Positions 9,137 to 17,931 of a DNA stretch of 27,359 bases are shown piece by piece. Positions within the stretch are counted from its first letter, which is position 1. Every line of letters begins with the position of its first letter. The position numbers were made by a program, and so were the translations under genes. Below the pieces are notes generated by a model. The model searched no databases. It was not told where the DNA came from and was given only the letters and a program-made list of their open reading frames with translations. Source of the stretch: Promethearchaeota archaeon (GTDB lineage Archaea > Asgardarchaeota > Thorarchaeia > Thorarchaeales > Thorarchaeaceae); NCBI GenBank assembly GCA_014728035.1, contig WJMJ01000102.1, positions 1 to 27,359 of the forward strand, in the 5' to 3' direction.

Positions 9137-9859
9137 ATGAAGTCTGATAAAGAGAAGAATCAAGACGATAGGAAATCTCTCTATACATACTGGCACGAAT
9201 TAGGATTTTTTAGCGAAAAAGAAGCAAAGAATATAGAACAAGTACGTCAGTCTGAAATTAAGTGGTTCATAATCAAATACATCCGTGATGGTGTAGAGGA
9301 TGAATTTGGGAGGAAACATAACCTCTCTCGCAGACATGCGTTTTCTGCAAAGGAGCTGCACGAAGCCTACCTCAAAAGCCCAAATCACGAGGAATGTTCT
9401 TTATCTAATTTCCACTTCCATATCAAAAGTCTAGTAGAAGATGGATATCTGAAGGAAGTAGCAAGAATTCTTGAGGGTCGCCACTACGTCACATATTATG
9501 GACGAACTTCAATCATATTCTTTGATCAGTTCGAGGGGCCCTTACAAACTAGTATCAGTCAAGATTTCTTTGATCCGTTGAAGATATTGATTAAAACGAT
9601 GAATTCAGATCTTGAGGTTGATTACATTAACCAGCTTGTTGAAGACCATCTAAAAGCCATAGTCGATTTCTTTAGCAGGTTCTTCTCGTGGATAAAAGAA
9701 AATTATCCACAAATCTACAACTCTAAAATCGATTTGCATACCTTCACGCAGATTGCAAGCCATTATTCTATCTTTCACCCTGGTCTGCAGAAAACCTCCA
9801 AGGAGATTGGTTCTCTGATTGGTCTGGACAAAATAATGGACTATGAACGTTACTTTTGA
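9137..9859 (+). CDS. Winged-helix (ArsR-like) transcriptional regulator
   Basis: FSAKELHEAYL...SLSNFHFHIKSLVEDGYLKEV...YYGRT winged-HTH pattern followed by a helical C-terminal domain. Confidence 0.7.
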   Translation: MKSDKEKNQDDRKSLYTYWHELGFFSEKEAKNIEQVRQSEIKWFIIKYIRDGVEDEFGRKHNLSRRHAFSAKELHEAYLKSPNHEECSLSNFHFHIKSLVEDGYLKEVARILEGRHYVTYYGRTSIIFFDQFEGPLQTSISQDFFDPLKILIKTMNSDLEVDYINQLVEDHLKAIVDFFSRFFSWIKENYPQIYNSKIDLHTFTQIASHYSIFHPGLQKTSKEIGSLIGLDKIMDYERYF

Positions 9860-9865
9860 AAAAGG

Positions 9866-10858
9866 ATGATTAAGAAAATGAAAACAATAGTATGTAAGAG
9901 ATATGGACCTCCAGAAGTTTTGGTCATTGAAGACAGAGAAAAACCGATAATTAAGGATCATCAAGTCCTGATACAGGTGCATGCCACATCTGTAACCCCC
10001 ATGGATTACAGAGCTAGAGGTGCCAAGATGCCTTTGTGGCCTTTCACACGGGTGATGACAGGTATTCGAAGACCTAAGCAGGATATTCTCGGCATTGAAG
10101 TTGCGGGAGAAATCGTTGAAGTCGGAAACGAGGTCACAGAGTTCAAGAAAGGAGATCGAATATTTGGTCTTGCTGACAAGTCTTATGCAGAATATGTAGT
10201 TGCTAGAGGTACTAAGGGTGCAACGATTACAACCATGCCTCCCAATCTAAGCTATGAAGAAGGTGCTGCCATTCCTGTTGGAGGATTAACATCCCTCTAT
10301 TTCCTGAAAACTTTGGGTAATATCCAAGTTGGACAAAAAGTCCTCATAAATGGAGCATCGGGAGGTGTAGGTGTCTACGCGGTTCAACTAGCAAAATACT
10401 TCGGAGCTGAAGTAACAGGGGTCTGTAGTACTAAGAATTTGGATCTAGTCAAGTCACTTGGAGCAGATAGAGTAATCGATTATACTGAGAATGACTTCAC
10501 AAAGGAAAATGAAGAATATGATATTGTGTTCGATGCTGTGGGAAAGAGTTCTTTCTCCAAATGCAAGAAAATACTCTGTGAAGAGGGGATATATCTATCA
10601 ACCGTACCCAGCTACCGTCTTCTCTTTCAAATGCTTTGGACATCAAAGGTAGGTAAGAAAAAGGCAAAATTCGGTCTGGGCGGCGGTCCTGATGAACTAC
10701 AATTCATAAGGGAGCTTCTAATTAATAATGAAATTCGAGTAGTTATTGATAGAACGTATCCATTTGAGCAGATTGTTGATGCTCATGCATATGCGGATAA
10801 AGGTCACAAAGTAGGAAGTCTTGTGGTCACATTAAATCAAGGGAAGGTGACACAATGA
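9866..10858 (+). CDS. NAD(P)-dependent medium-chain dehydrogenase/reductase (quinone-oxidoreductase-like, Zn-free MDR)
   Basis: YGPPEVL, LGIEVAGEIVEVG, VLINGASGGVG, LGADRVIDY and IDRTYPF. No GHE zinc ligand. Alternative start ATG 9878. Confidence 0.9.
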   Translation: MIKKMKTIVCKRYGPPEVLVIEDREKPIIKDHQVLIQVHATSVTPMDYRARGAKMPLWPFTRVMTGIRRPKQDILGIEVAGEIVEVGNEVTEFKKGDRIFGLADKSYAEYVVARGTKGATITTMPPNLSYEEGAAIPVGGLTSLYFLKTLGNIQVGQKVLINGASGGVGVYAVQLAKYFGAEVTGVCSTKNLDLVKSLGADRVIDYTENDFTKENEEYDIVFDAVGKSSFSKCKKILCEEGIYLSTVPSYRLLFQMLWTSKVGKKKAKFGLGGGPDELQFIRELLINNEIRVVIDRTYPFEQIVDAHAYADKGHKVGSLVVTLNQGKVTQ

Positions 10859-11298
10859 GTGAATCACAAAACACCCCCAAGTCTACAGCGAAACTAATGG
10901 CAGAAAGGAAAGCGCAATGTGCTCAAGCAATCTTTGCTACTTATGGTCCATTACTAAGTTCTGGGGAAATTGATTATGACATGTGCTTGAAGATAGCATC
11001 GGCATTTGGTGGAGGAATCAATCTAACTGGCAACGTCTGTGGAGCATTAACTGGTGGCTTGATGGCACTGGGTCTCAAATTTGGAGGAAGTCCATTGGAA
11101 CATGATATGTCTGAAGTTTCAACAAAACTACTGGAGGATTTCAAGACAACCCATGGGTCAATCTTATGTCGTGAGTTAGTGGATGGCGTATTAGACCGTG
11201 AAAAAGCTATGGAGCAATCGGCACAAAAAGATGCGGTTATGCAATGCATGAAGTATGTTGAAGATGTAGCTAAACTAATTTCGGAATATGTAGATTAA
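10855..11298 (+). CDS. C_GCAxxG_C_C family redox-active protein
   Basis: CAQA, AFGGG, VCGALTGG, GSILCREL and a C-terminal C. ATGA overlap with the MDR gene. Confidence 0.9.
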   Translation: MSESQNTPKSTAKLMAERKAQCAQAIFATYGPLLSSGEIDYDMCLKIASAFGGGINLTGNVCGALTGGLMALGLKFGGSPLEHDMSEVSTKLLEDFKTTHGSILCRELVDGVLDREKAMEQSAQKDAVMQCMKYVEDVAKLISEYVD

Positions 11299-11544
11299 CT
11301 TCTCTATGATTAAGATAAGAAACTTGAATTGAAATTCAGAGTTGTATTCTGTAGATCAATTTTCAATTCTTATTCCTATTTTTTATCAAATTTCTATTTC
11401 TTTCGAGTGTCGTATTTATGGTTTTTTTTTCTACATATCTCGTCACTATCTAATAGCAGAAAAATGCAAAACATTAACGCTGATGTTTTCAAGAACGGAT
11501 TGCAAACATCTGTCAAATAGTTGAACAGGAATCCTCATCAACTT

Positions 11545-11976
11545 TTAACAATCCCACTTCACATCAATGTCAAGTCTATGGAGTGAGTTCTGTAACACCT
11601 TCAACTCATCTCCAGTGATACTGGAGGTATACCCAAGTGAGTGTAGTAATCGCTCAATGATTGCGTATCTAACAATAGATGATCCGTTGTAACGTCCATC
11701 TACCTCTTCAGGAACAAAGTCTGTGATACGTTGAACCTCTCGTTTTCGAAGAGCCATAATATCGGAATACAGCACAGCAGCTCCAGACTTTTCAATGACA
11801 TCAAGGGACAGTAGAGCTGTACTCCTGCCTTGAGTTAGATAGGTCCTAAGTACTCCGACATTTTCAGTGTAAAAGTCTACATCTAAGTTTTCTAGGATAT
11901 AGTCACGCAGCTTGCTTCGGTCTTCAGGACTTGGTATCTGATAGATGATACAAGCTATGTCACCTAGATTGTACAT
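11545..11976 (-). CDS. Small orphan protein (143 aa), N-terminus weakly Cas2/VapD/ChrB-N-like
   Basis: ATG-started ORF. IIYQIPSPEDRSKLRDYILENL...ENVGVL resembles the beta1-alpha1-beta2 start of Cas2/ChrB-N/PaaX-type folds (fold call is by eye, low confidence). Located downstream of repeat copy 1. Confidence 0.6.
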   Translation of the reverse strand: MYNLGDIACIIYQIPSPEDRSKLRDYILENLDVDFYTENVGVLRTYLTQGRSTALLSLDVIEKSGAAVLYSDIMALRKREVQRITDFVPEEVDGRYNGSSIVRYAIIERLLHSLGYTSSITGDELKVLQNSLHRLDIDVKWDC

Positions 11977-12057
11977 GGGATGTGTGAAGAGTTCGATTGG
12001 GTTAAGGGTCGCAGTCAGCTACTGAAAACTTGGACATTGTTGGACACGACCGGATAG

Positions 12058-12195
12058 GAGGTTATGTGGGATGATACACGATGAAGGTCTGGTCACCAGA
12101 CACACATTCCCTGACCAGGACCGAGCCAGTTCCAATACCGTTTCTGGACGGACAACGCTCGGAGATTTAATATTATCCATCAACCAATAAACGGT
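12058..12195 (-). repeat. Copy 1 of a conserved structured intergenic element (candidate ncRNA/leader)
   Basis: Reverse complement aligns without gaps to 27222-27359 (106/138 identical). Core 12108-12162 is 53/55 identical. Stems CCGAGC/GCTCGG, TCCAG/(T/C)TGGA and TGGTC/GACCA. Confidence 0.9.
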
Positions 12196-12206
12196 TCTGG
12201 GCGGTT

Positions 12207-12239
12207 AAAATAAAAAATGAGAGAGCAAAAAGCGCTCTC
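12207..12239 (-). terminator. Hairpin plus T-tract terminating the 863-aa membrane protein gene
   Basis: Minus strand: GAGAGC-GCTTTTT-GCTCTC-TC-ATTTTTTATTTT, just after the stop at 12244. Confidence 0.7.
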
Positions 12240-12243
12240 GAGT

Positions 12244-14835
12244 TTATACTATACTTCGTGATACATTTCCAGTTTCATTTATCGATTTCAGCGTGGTAAT
12301 AATACCAGGATAAGGATTATCAATCGATAGAAATTGATCGAATGAACCTCTGCCATCCAAGAATAGACCCCATGCGGGAACAACTGCTTTGATCAGATTG
12401 TAAACTGCGTAGCTAGAGCCAAATGCAGTTATGAAGACCAATATGAATAACAACCATAATTGAAGAGCAGGAATCATTGCTGATAGACTATTGAACACAA
12501 GGTAGACAATTCCTAGGATGAATCCAACTGCAACAAATCTGCTCATTCCAGGTGAATAGGATGTTGCAGTGTTTGCGATTGAATGAGCGTACGTTAGAGA
12601 ATAATATCTTCCTCGTGAATCATAACCTAATGGTCCGTACTGAGTAACAGTCTCATCAGAATCTGATACGGTATAGGCATAGACCCTGCTTCGTGTAGTC
12701 CAAGTAAGACCGAACTTTTCTAGCCATAGAAATCCATCAAATTCTCCACTCCACGTTCCGAACATGAATAACTGGAAAACCATACCTTTGATGACATACC
12801 AGCCAATTAGCTCGGCTCCGAACAGGACAAACATCCAAATTCCCAAGCTGGAAAAGGAAATGAAGATGGATCCTAAACCAACTAATAGGATTACTATACT
12901 AGTAACAGAGTGGATTGAAGCAAAATATCCTTCATACTTCAAATTATGTTCTGCATTACTATCTTTGTTTACAACTAAGGAAAAGAAATTCTGTATCTTC
13001 TCCTCAAAGGACAGTAAATATGCTGAAAATAATCCACTATATCCAACTACAAGTATTAACGATAGTCCAAGAAGAACAATCAGGATGACTTCAAAGATTG
13101 ATAATGACAGAAATGCAATTGCCATGAATGGGAAAGATACTGCGGTTGCACTAACTAAGTCGGCTTGCGGCTTTGCATGTGCATACATATACTCAACACA
13201 AGTTGAATCGTGTAATTGAGTTCCCAATTGAACAACTTTATCATTTCCAAGCGAGGGTGAATCAACCTTTTTGAATCGAGCCGAGTCAACTGTTGCATAT
13301 CTTAGGCCGTCAATGTTTAGAAATGAGAGGATTCTATCCACTGCATTAGCATGATGATGTACAATCTTGGGTGGATTGATACACACATCATGTTGTGTAC
13401 TAAATTTCAAAGCGTGGAAATAATGAAACTCGATCTCATTTTTAGCTATATTATGCATTCGGTAGATTAGATAGAGTTCAACAAGAGGAGTGGTACTACT
13501 GATAAGAATACCAAACATCACATAACCTAGTCCAAAGATTCCACTTGACAATAGTATTATTGCTATAACCATCAATATTGCTGCAATTCGTGATTGCTCT
13601 ACTGCTTTTTCAGCTCCTTCAGAACAAGATCTCTTACATACAACTAATGGTAGCAATATGAAAAGGACAAGTGAAACTATCGAGCCAATTACAGAAAAAG
13701 GGTCTCCTATCCCATAACCACTAACACCAGATGAAAGTAAGATATAATAGCTCCATGCAAAAGAAATTGAAAAAGATGCAATCAATGACGCATATATTTC
13801 GATTGGAATCTCCCCAGTCATTATTCTTGTTGGATGTGTCCTCGTTTCAACTCTGTTGATAGCTGAAATTGGTATGTCTTGCTCATGATATTGACCACCA
13901 TGAATCATTTCAGTTGAGATTCGATTCCAAAATCGAGAGATTCCACTTGGTCTAGCTAATATTTGCGACCAAAGTGAAGAATTTCTTGTTGGAGAAGATT
14001 TTCCGGAACCTCTCTTCTTTGCATTTACGAATATGTAGACACCAATTCCAAAAATTAGTGATAATGGCAATTGAAAGAATCCAAATGGAATTCCAAATGT
14101 CAAGAGGGAAAAGAACACAAAAATGGTCTGTATTGCAGCAACCACAAATGCTTGTGGAAAAACATCTAATAAAAGAATAGGGTCTAGAGTTGAACTGCTT
14201 GAAAAATACAGATAATAAACAAACGCAGTAACACCTGCTAGAATCAACCCTTTTTTCCACCCTCTTTTTCCAACAATTGTAAATACAAACACTAAGAAGG
14301 GCACAATAAATAATCCCAGACTAATAGGTGTAGCTTCAACTGGTCCGATTCCGATAATTGAAAAAAGATTCAGAAAAGATATTCCAAAAGCATAAGAAAA
14401 CATGAGCAACACTATGGGAAGTACAATTGTAACTCCATAGAAGTATGATAGAAGCTTGGAAGAATATGTATCAAGCTGAGGACCCGACCCAGTATCAGCT
14501 GATTCCGCTCCAACCCTTGTTGTATTGATTAATCTATCATTTGTAAGAATCAAAGAATAAATTGGCACTACAACTGGACACTCATCTAGCTTCTTGGAAG
14601 CCCACACAAAAAATACGCCTATAGCAATGCAAGTGGGTCCGAAAATGAAATTTAACAGGGTGATAGTTAGTATACTACCAATTACGATCAAAATGATTCC
14701 CAATCGACCGAATAGAACTCTTAGTTTCTTATTCATTGGTTCTTCATCACTTTCTACAATCTTCTCTATCACCTGTTCTTCTTCCCTTGGAAAGAGTGGA
14801 AAATCCTCACGTTGATCTTCCAAATTTGTTTGCAT
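12244..14835 (-). CDS. Large polytopic membrane protein (863 aa) with bacterial-PH-like motifs
   Basis: Many hydrophobic TM segments. LILTNDRLI and EQDIPISAINRVETR resemble bPH-domain strands. GTGAG Shine-Dalgarno-like sequence upstream, 10 nt from the upstream gene. Confidence 0.75.
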   Translation of the reverse strand: MQTNLEDQREDFPLFPREEEQVIEKIVESDEEPMNKKLRVLFGRLGIILIVIGSILTITLLNFIFGPTCIAIGVFFVWASKKLDECPVVVPIYSLILTNDRLINTTRVGAESADTGSGPQLDTYSSKLLSYFYGVTIVLPIVLLMFSYAFGISFLNLFSIIGIGPVEATPISLGLFIVPFLVFVFTIVGKRGWKKGLILAGVTAFVYYLYFSSSSTLDPILLLDVFPQAFVVAAIQTIFVFFSLLTFGIPFGFFQLPLSLIFGIGVYIFVNAKKRGSGKSSPTRNSSLWSQILARPSGISRFWNRISTEMIHGGQYHEQDIPISAINRVETRTHPTRIMTGEIPIEIYASLIASFSISFAWSYYILLSSGVSGYGIGDPFSVIGSIVSLVLFILLPLVVCKRSCSEGAEKAVEQSRIAAILMVIAIILLSSGIFGLGYVMFGILISSTTPLVELYLIYRMHNIAKNEIEFHYFHALKFSTQHDVCINPPKIVHHHANAVDRILSFLNIDGLRYATVDSARFKKVDSPSLGNDKVVQLGTQLHDSTCVEYMYAHAKPQADLVSATAVSFPFMAIAFLSLSIFEVILIVLLGLSLILVVGYSGLFSAYLLSFEEKIQNFFSLVVNKDSNAEHNLKYEGYFASIHSVTSIVILLVGLGSIFISFSSLGIWMFVLFGAELIGWYVIKGMVFQLFMFGTWSGEFDGFLWLEKFGLTWTTRSRVYAYTVSDSDETVTQYGPLGYDSRGRYYSLTYAHSIANTATSYSPGMSRFVAVGFILGIVYLVFNSLSAMIPALQLWLLFILVFITAFGSSYAVYNLIKAVVPAWGLFLDGRGSFDQFLSIDNPYPGIITTLKSINETGNVSRSIV

Positions 14836-14845
14836 CAGATCTCAC

Positions 14846-15376
14846 CTACCTCGGAATTATTTTCCCAATAAAAATACGTGAGGCGTTAATGATATCTTGA
14901 ATCATCTCGCGGGGTAAATTCCAGAATTCGGAATCTCCAGAACTTAGGTGGATAGTCATTCTAGCCTCATTCGAGTCTGTATTCGCTAGTATTTCAACAG
15001 ATTCAAAAAATCTATAGTGAAGGTCTCGAACAGCAGCATTCTTCATACGGATGTCAATAAATTCCTCAACAATGCGATCAGTAGTTACAATTATCCTAAG
15101 TCGTTTTCTCATAAACAAATAGGTGTATATCCCTAAAATCACGAGTAATACACCTGCAATTATCATGCCATATCCAATATAGTTTGTAACAAGCAGATAT
15201 GATAATGAGAGAAAAGCTCCAATAATAATCAATGCCACTCCCAAAATAATGAAGAGAATAGCCTTAAGATTTTCATTCTTTTCGACTGTTGCTTCACTAA
15301 GAATTTCTTCATTGGGATTTGTTTTGAATCCGATAACTTCTTCGATTTCTGTGATACCATTCATTAATTTCACCAC
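14846..15376 (-). CDS. Two-TM protein with C-terminal bacterial PH (bPH_2-like) domain
   Basis: PNEEIL, two TM helices, then IIVTTDRIVE...VRDLHYRFFESVEI...MTIHLSSG, a typical bPH layout. Confidence 0.7.
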   Translation of the reverse strand: MVKLMNGITEIEEVIGFKTNPNEEILSEATVEKNENLKAILFIILGVALIIIGAFLSLSYLLVTNYIGYGMIIAGVLLVILGIYTYLFMRKRLRIIVTTDRIVEEFIDIRMKNAAVRDLHYRFFESVEILANTDSNEARMTIHLSSGDSEFWNLPREMIQDIINASRIFIGKIIPR

Positions 15377-15629
15377 GATTTGAGGTCACTAATTACTACC
15401 TCAATCATGATAACGTTATAATAGGAAGAAAAGGATAAAGATAATTTATGCAAATAAAAAAATAGTATTCTATAATAATCTGGTAGATATACTGAATAAT
15501 AAAGCTCAAATTTCTCAAAACAAATATTATGGAAAGTAGCTTCATAGAAACTTTGCCCAAGTTCTGTGCAACGGTTATTTCGGTACTCAATTAGGTGAAC
15601 ATTCAGCTCCTAGTGACAGAGGAGTTCAC

Positions 15630-16067
15630 ATGGAATTTGAGTTGGCAGAAACGGGAATAATAACTATTGAAGTAAATGAAATAGGGGGAAATAGAGGATT
15701 CTATGAAATAGGAATATATGACCCGATTAGTTCAATTCTACCTTGTCTAGGATGGTGGGTATGTCCTATAGCTTTTGGTTTTATCTTTGCTTCTATTGTT
15801 ATTTGCTAACGAAGAAGAGGAATCTTTGATAGTGCAACACGCGTAAGCAAGTTCCCTGTGACTGTTCAAGCTCCGAGTCATGCAATTCCAGAAAAGTATA
15901 GAGATAGTCCAGATATCCGAACTGTAAGAATACCTGAGCAATGCCACTCGTGTGGAACGAATCTTTCGCAAGATAACCTTGAATGGACAGGACCACTGGA
16001 AGCAAGATGCCTATACTGTGGTGCAGCAGTCAAAGCCAAGTTCGAAAGAGTACAGTATTCAGTATAA
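15630..16067 (+). pseudogene. Interrupted TM + C-terminal zinc-ribbon protein (in-frame TAA at 15807-15809)
   Basis: ATG 15630 frame reads ...WWVCPIAFGFIFASIVIC*RRRGIF... and continues in the same frame into the 15858-16067 ORF with CHSCG...CLYCG. Confidence 0.7.
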
Positions 16068-16068
16068 T

Positions 16069-17136
16069 TCAGCTGAATACTTCTCGAACTAAATTATCTG
16101 CATTCCTGAATGGATCTATATTGCCCTGATAACCAGCTAACTCGTCTCTGTACCTTTTTTCCAATTCTAGAGCAAACTTCTCCAATCTATATTTCATCTC
16201 GGGAATTGATCGTTCTGTTATCAAGATGCAGGTAAATGCAGCACGCCGATGAAATAGTATCGTTCTGGAGCCATGTTGAATCTCATCGAGACCACTCTTA
16301 TCAGCTAATATCTCTCCAATCAGATTATTGATGCCACTCATTGCTCCTGCAACAAGGATACTATCAGGAGCTTTTTCATCGCCGCCATTGGGCAACTCAA
16401 TCTGTCTGAAAGTGAAATCAACCATCGGAAGGGAAGCCTCAGCATCAACAACCAATAGACGGTTGAGGTCGAATAGCCAATTAAGGTCCTCAGAGCTTGG
16501 TATATACCACCATGACACGTAGAGGAATATTACCCCTACTAGGACTAAGATATTTTTAATGACAAAGAATAGTACACTATAATCAAAAGCTACTATGAAA
16601 TTCGCAAAGCCACTCAGCATAAATCCAAGTACGAACCATATTTGAGGAAACTTAGCCCTTGCAGTTTCAAGTTCGAGGATACGGTCAAGATATGCCTGAG
16701 TAACGTACACGATTGCCACAGCAAGACCAATGAACGCCAAATAGCCCATCCCAAGTGTAATTCCAAGAGGAATTGACACTAATGTAAAGATGAGACAAAA
16801 TAATGTAACAAATGGTTTCCTTTCTCCAAATACAGCTTGATCCTGTTCCATTGCATATGTGAAGAAAATTATCCCTGATATCCATGTTGCATTTCCTATG
16901 AATTCTATACTCGCATTAGAAATACCTTGGTATAAGAAATGAATCGATGTGAAGAACGTATAGACACCGAATGTGAAAAGATACACAGCTAAACCTGTGA
17001 TACTCGATACAATTTTCTTACTTCTCCGAATCATCCCAATAGAAATAGCACAGAGAATGAATACAGTCAAGTAGGTAGAAGTGACTGCAAAATCGCGCAT
17101 TATTATTTGGAACAGGTTTTCCTGCATCAATATCAT
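16069..17136 (-). CDS. Seven-TM membrane protein with C-terminal longin/roadblock-like domain (Asgard-type)
   Basis: Seven hydrophobic helices in the first ~210 aa. C-terminal LVAGAMSGINNLIGEI...LDEIQHG..TILF...LEKFALELEKRY...GNIDPF pattern characteristic of Asgard longin-like domains. Confidence 0.7.
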   Translation of the reverse strand: MILMQENLFQIIMRDFAVTSTYLTVFILCAISIGMIRRSKKIVSSITGLAVYLFTFGVYTFFTSIHFLYQGISNASIEFIGNATWISGIIFFTYAMEQDQAVFGERKPFVTLFCLIFTLVSIPLGITLGMGYLAFIGLAVAIVYVTQAYLDRILELETARAKFPQIWFVLGFMLSGFANFIVAFDYSVLFFVIKNILVLVGVIFLYVSWWYIPSSEDLNWLFDLNRLLVVDAEASLPMVDFTFRQIELPNGGDEKAPDSILVAGAMSGINNLIGEILADKSGLDEIQHGSRTILFHRRAAFTCILITERSIPEMKYRLEKFALELEKRYRDELAGYQGNIDPFRNADNLVREVFS

Positions 17137-17193
17137 TTCCCGTTGATTGGCTTATGAGATAAAGATAATTAAAATAATCGCAATCTGAAAGAA

Positions 17194-17877
17194 TTACTTC
17201 TTCCAAGCCCAGTGGATAACGGATACTCCTGGCGGAAGAGTTTTCCATTGCACCTGGACAAATCCAGACTGACCTATGATCTGTGCAAACCTCTTTCTGG
17301 TGTAAAATGACATTATGGACTCGGCTAAAAATCCATATTCATCCTTGCTTCTGGTGAATATTCTTCCTAGTGTCTTCACAATTATCTCAGTATAGACTTC
17401 TAGAAGATATTTGAATGGCCTCCGTTGAGGAATTGTCGTTTCAAGATTCAGAAACAGACCACCTCTTCTAAGAACTCGATGAAACTCTTTGATTGCGGTT
17501 TGCAGAGTATCTAATGATTGATTCAGATTTCGCGTAGCAAATGAAATGGAAAGGACATCAAATGTTTCATCTGGAAATGGAAGGTGTTTTGCCTCAGCTA
17601 AGGTCAATCCTAAATTTTCTGTTTTCAACAAGGTTCTAGCTTTATCCAGCATAGGTTTTGAAAAATCAATTCCGATAATCCTTCCAGAGAATCTTGATTT
17701 CAGTTCCTGGAGCATGTCTCCAGTTCCACAACAGATATCAAGAATATCCAAAACACCAGAACGAGGTATACTGTCAGCAGCATTTCTACGCCAAAAAGAA
17801 TCTAGCCCCAAAGTAAATAGTCTATTTACGGACTCGTAATATTGAACGATTTTTGAGAAGGTTTTTTTCAAATTCAA
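17194..17877 (-). CDS. UbiE/MenG-family SAM-dependent methyltransferase
   Basis: YESVNRLFTLGLDSFWR, ILDICCGTGD, IDFSKPML, LPFPDETFD, ISFATRN, EFHRVLRRGG and Y.FLAESI. Confidence 0.85.
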   Translation of the reverse strand: MNLKKTFSKIVQYYESVNRLFTLGLDSFWRRNAADSIPRSGVLDILDICCGTGDMLQELKSRFSGRIIGIDFSKPMLDKARTLLKTENLGLTLAEAKHLPFPDETFDVLSISFATRNLNQSLDTLQTAIKEFHRVLRRGGLFLNLETTIPQRRPFKYLLEVYTEIIVKTLGRIFTRSKDEYGFLAESIMSFYTRKRFAQIIGQSGFVQVQWKTLPPGVSVIHWAWKK

Positions 17878-17931
17878 AAATACATCTCCAAAAGATAAAA
17901 GGTGAGCAATAACGATTCCTCTAGAAATTAT

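Noticed and set aside
12100-12135. TGGCTCGGTCCTGGTCAGGG in the repeat resembles a tRNA D-arm
   Set aside because: No T-loop (GTTCRA), anticodon arm or acceptor stem at the proper spacing in either copy.
12058-12195. Repeat pair as DGR template/variable repeats
   Set aside because: Mismatches are not adenine-specific, neither copy is at the 3' end of a target gene, and no reverse transcriptase is in the window.
11300-12240. CRISPR array near the Cas2-like ORF
   Set aside because: No regularly spaced direct repeats and no other cas genes seen.
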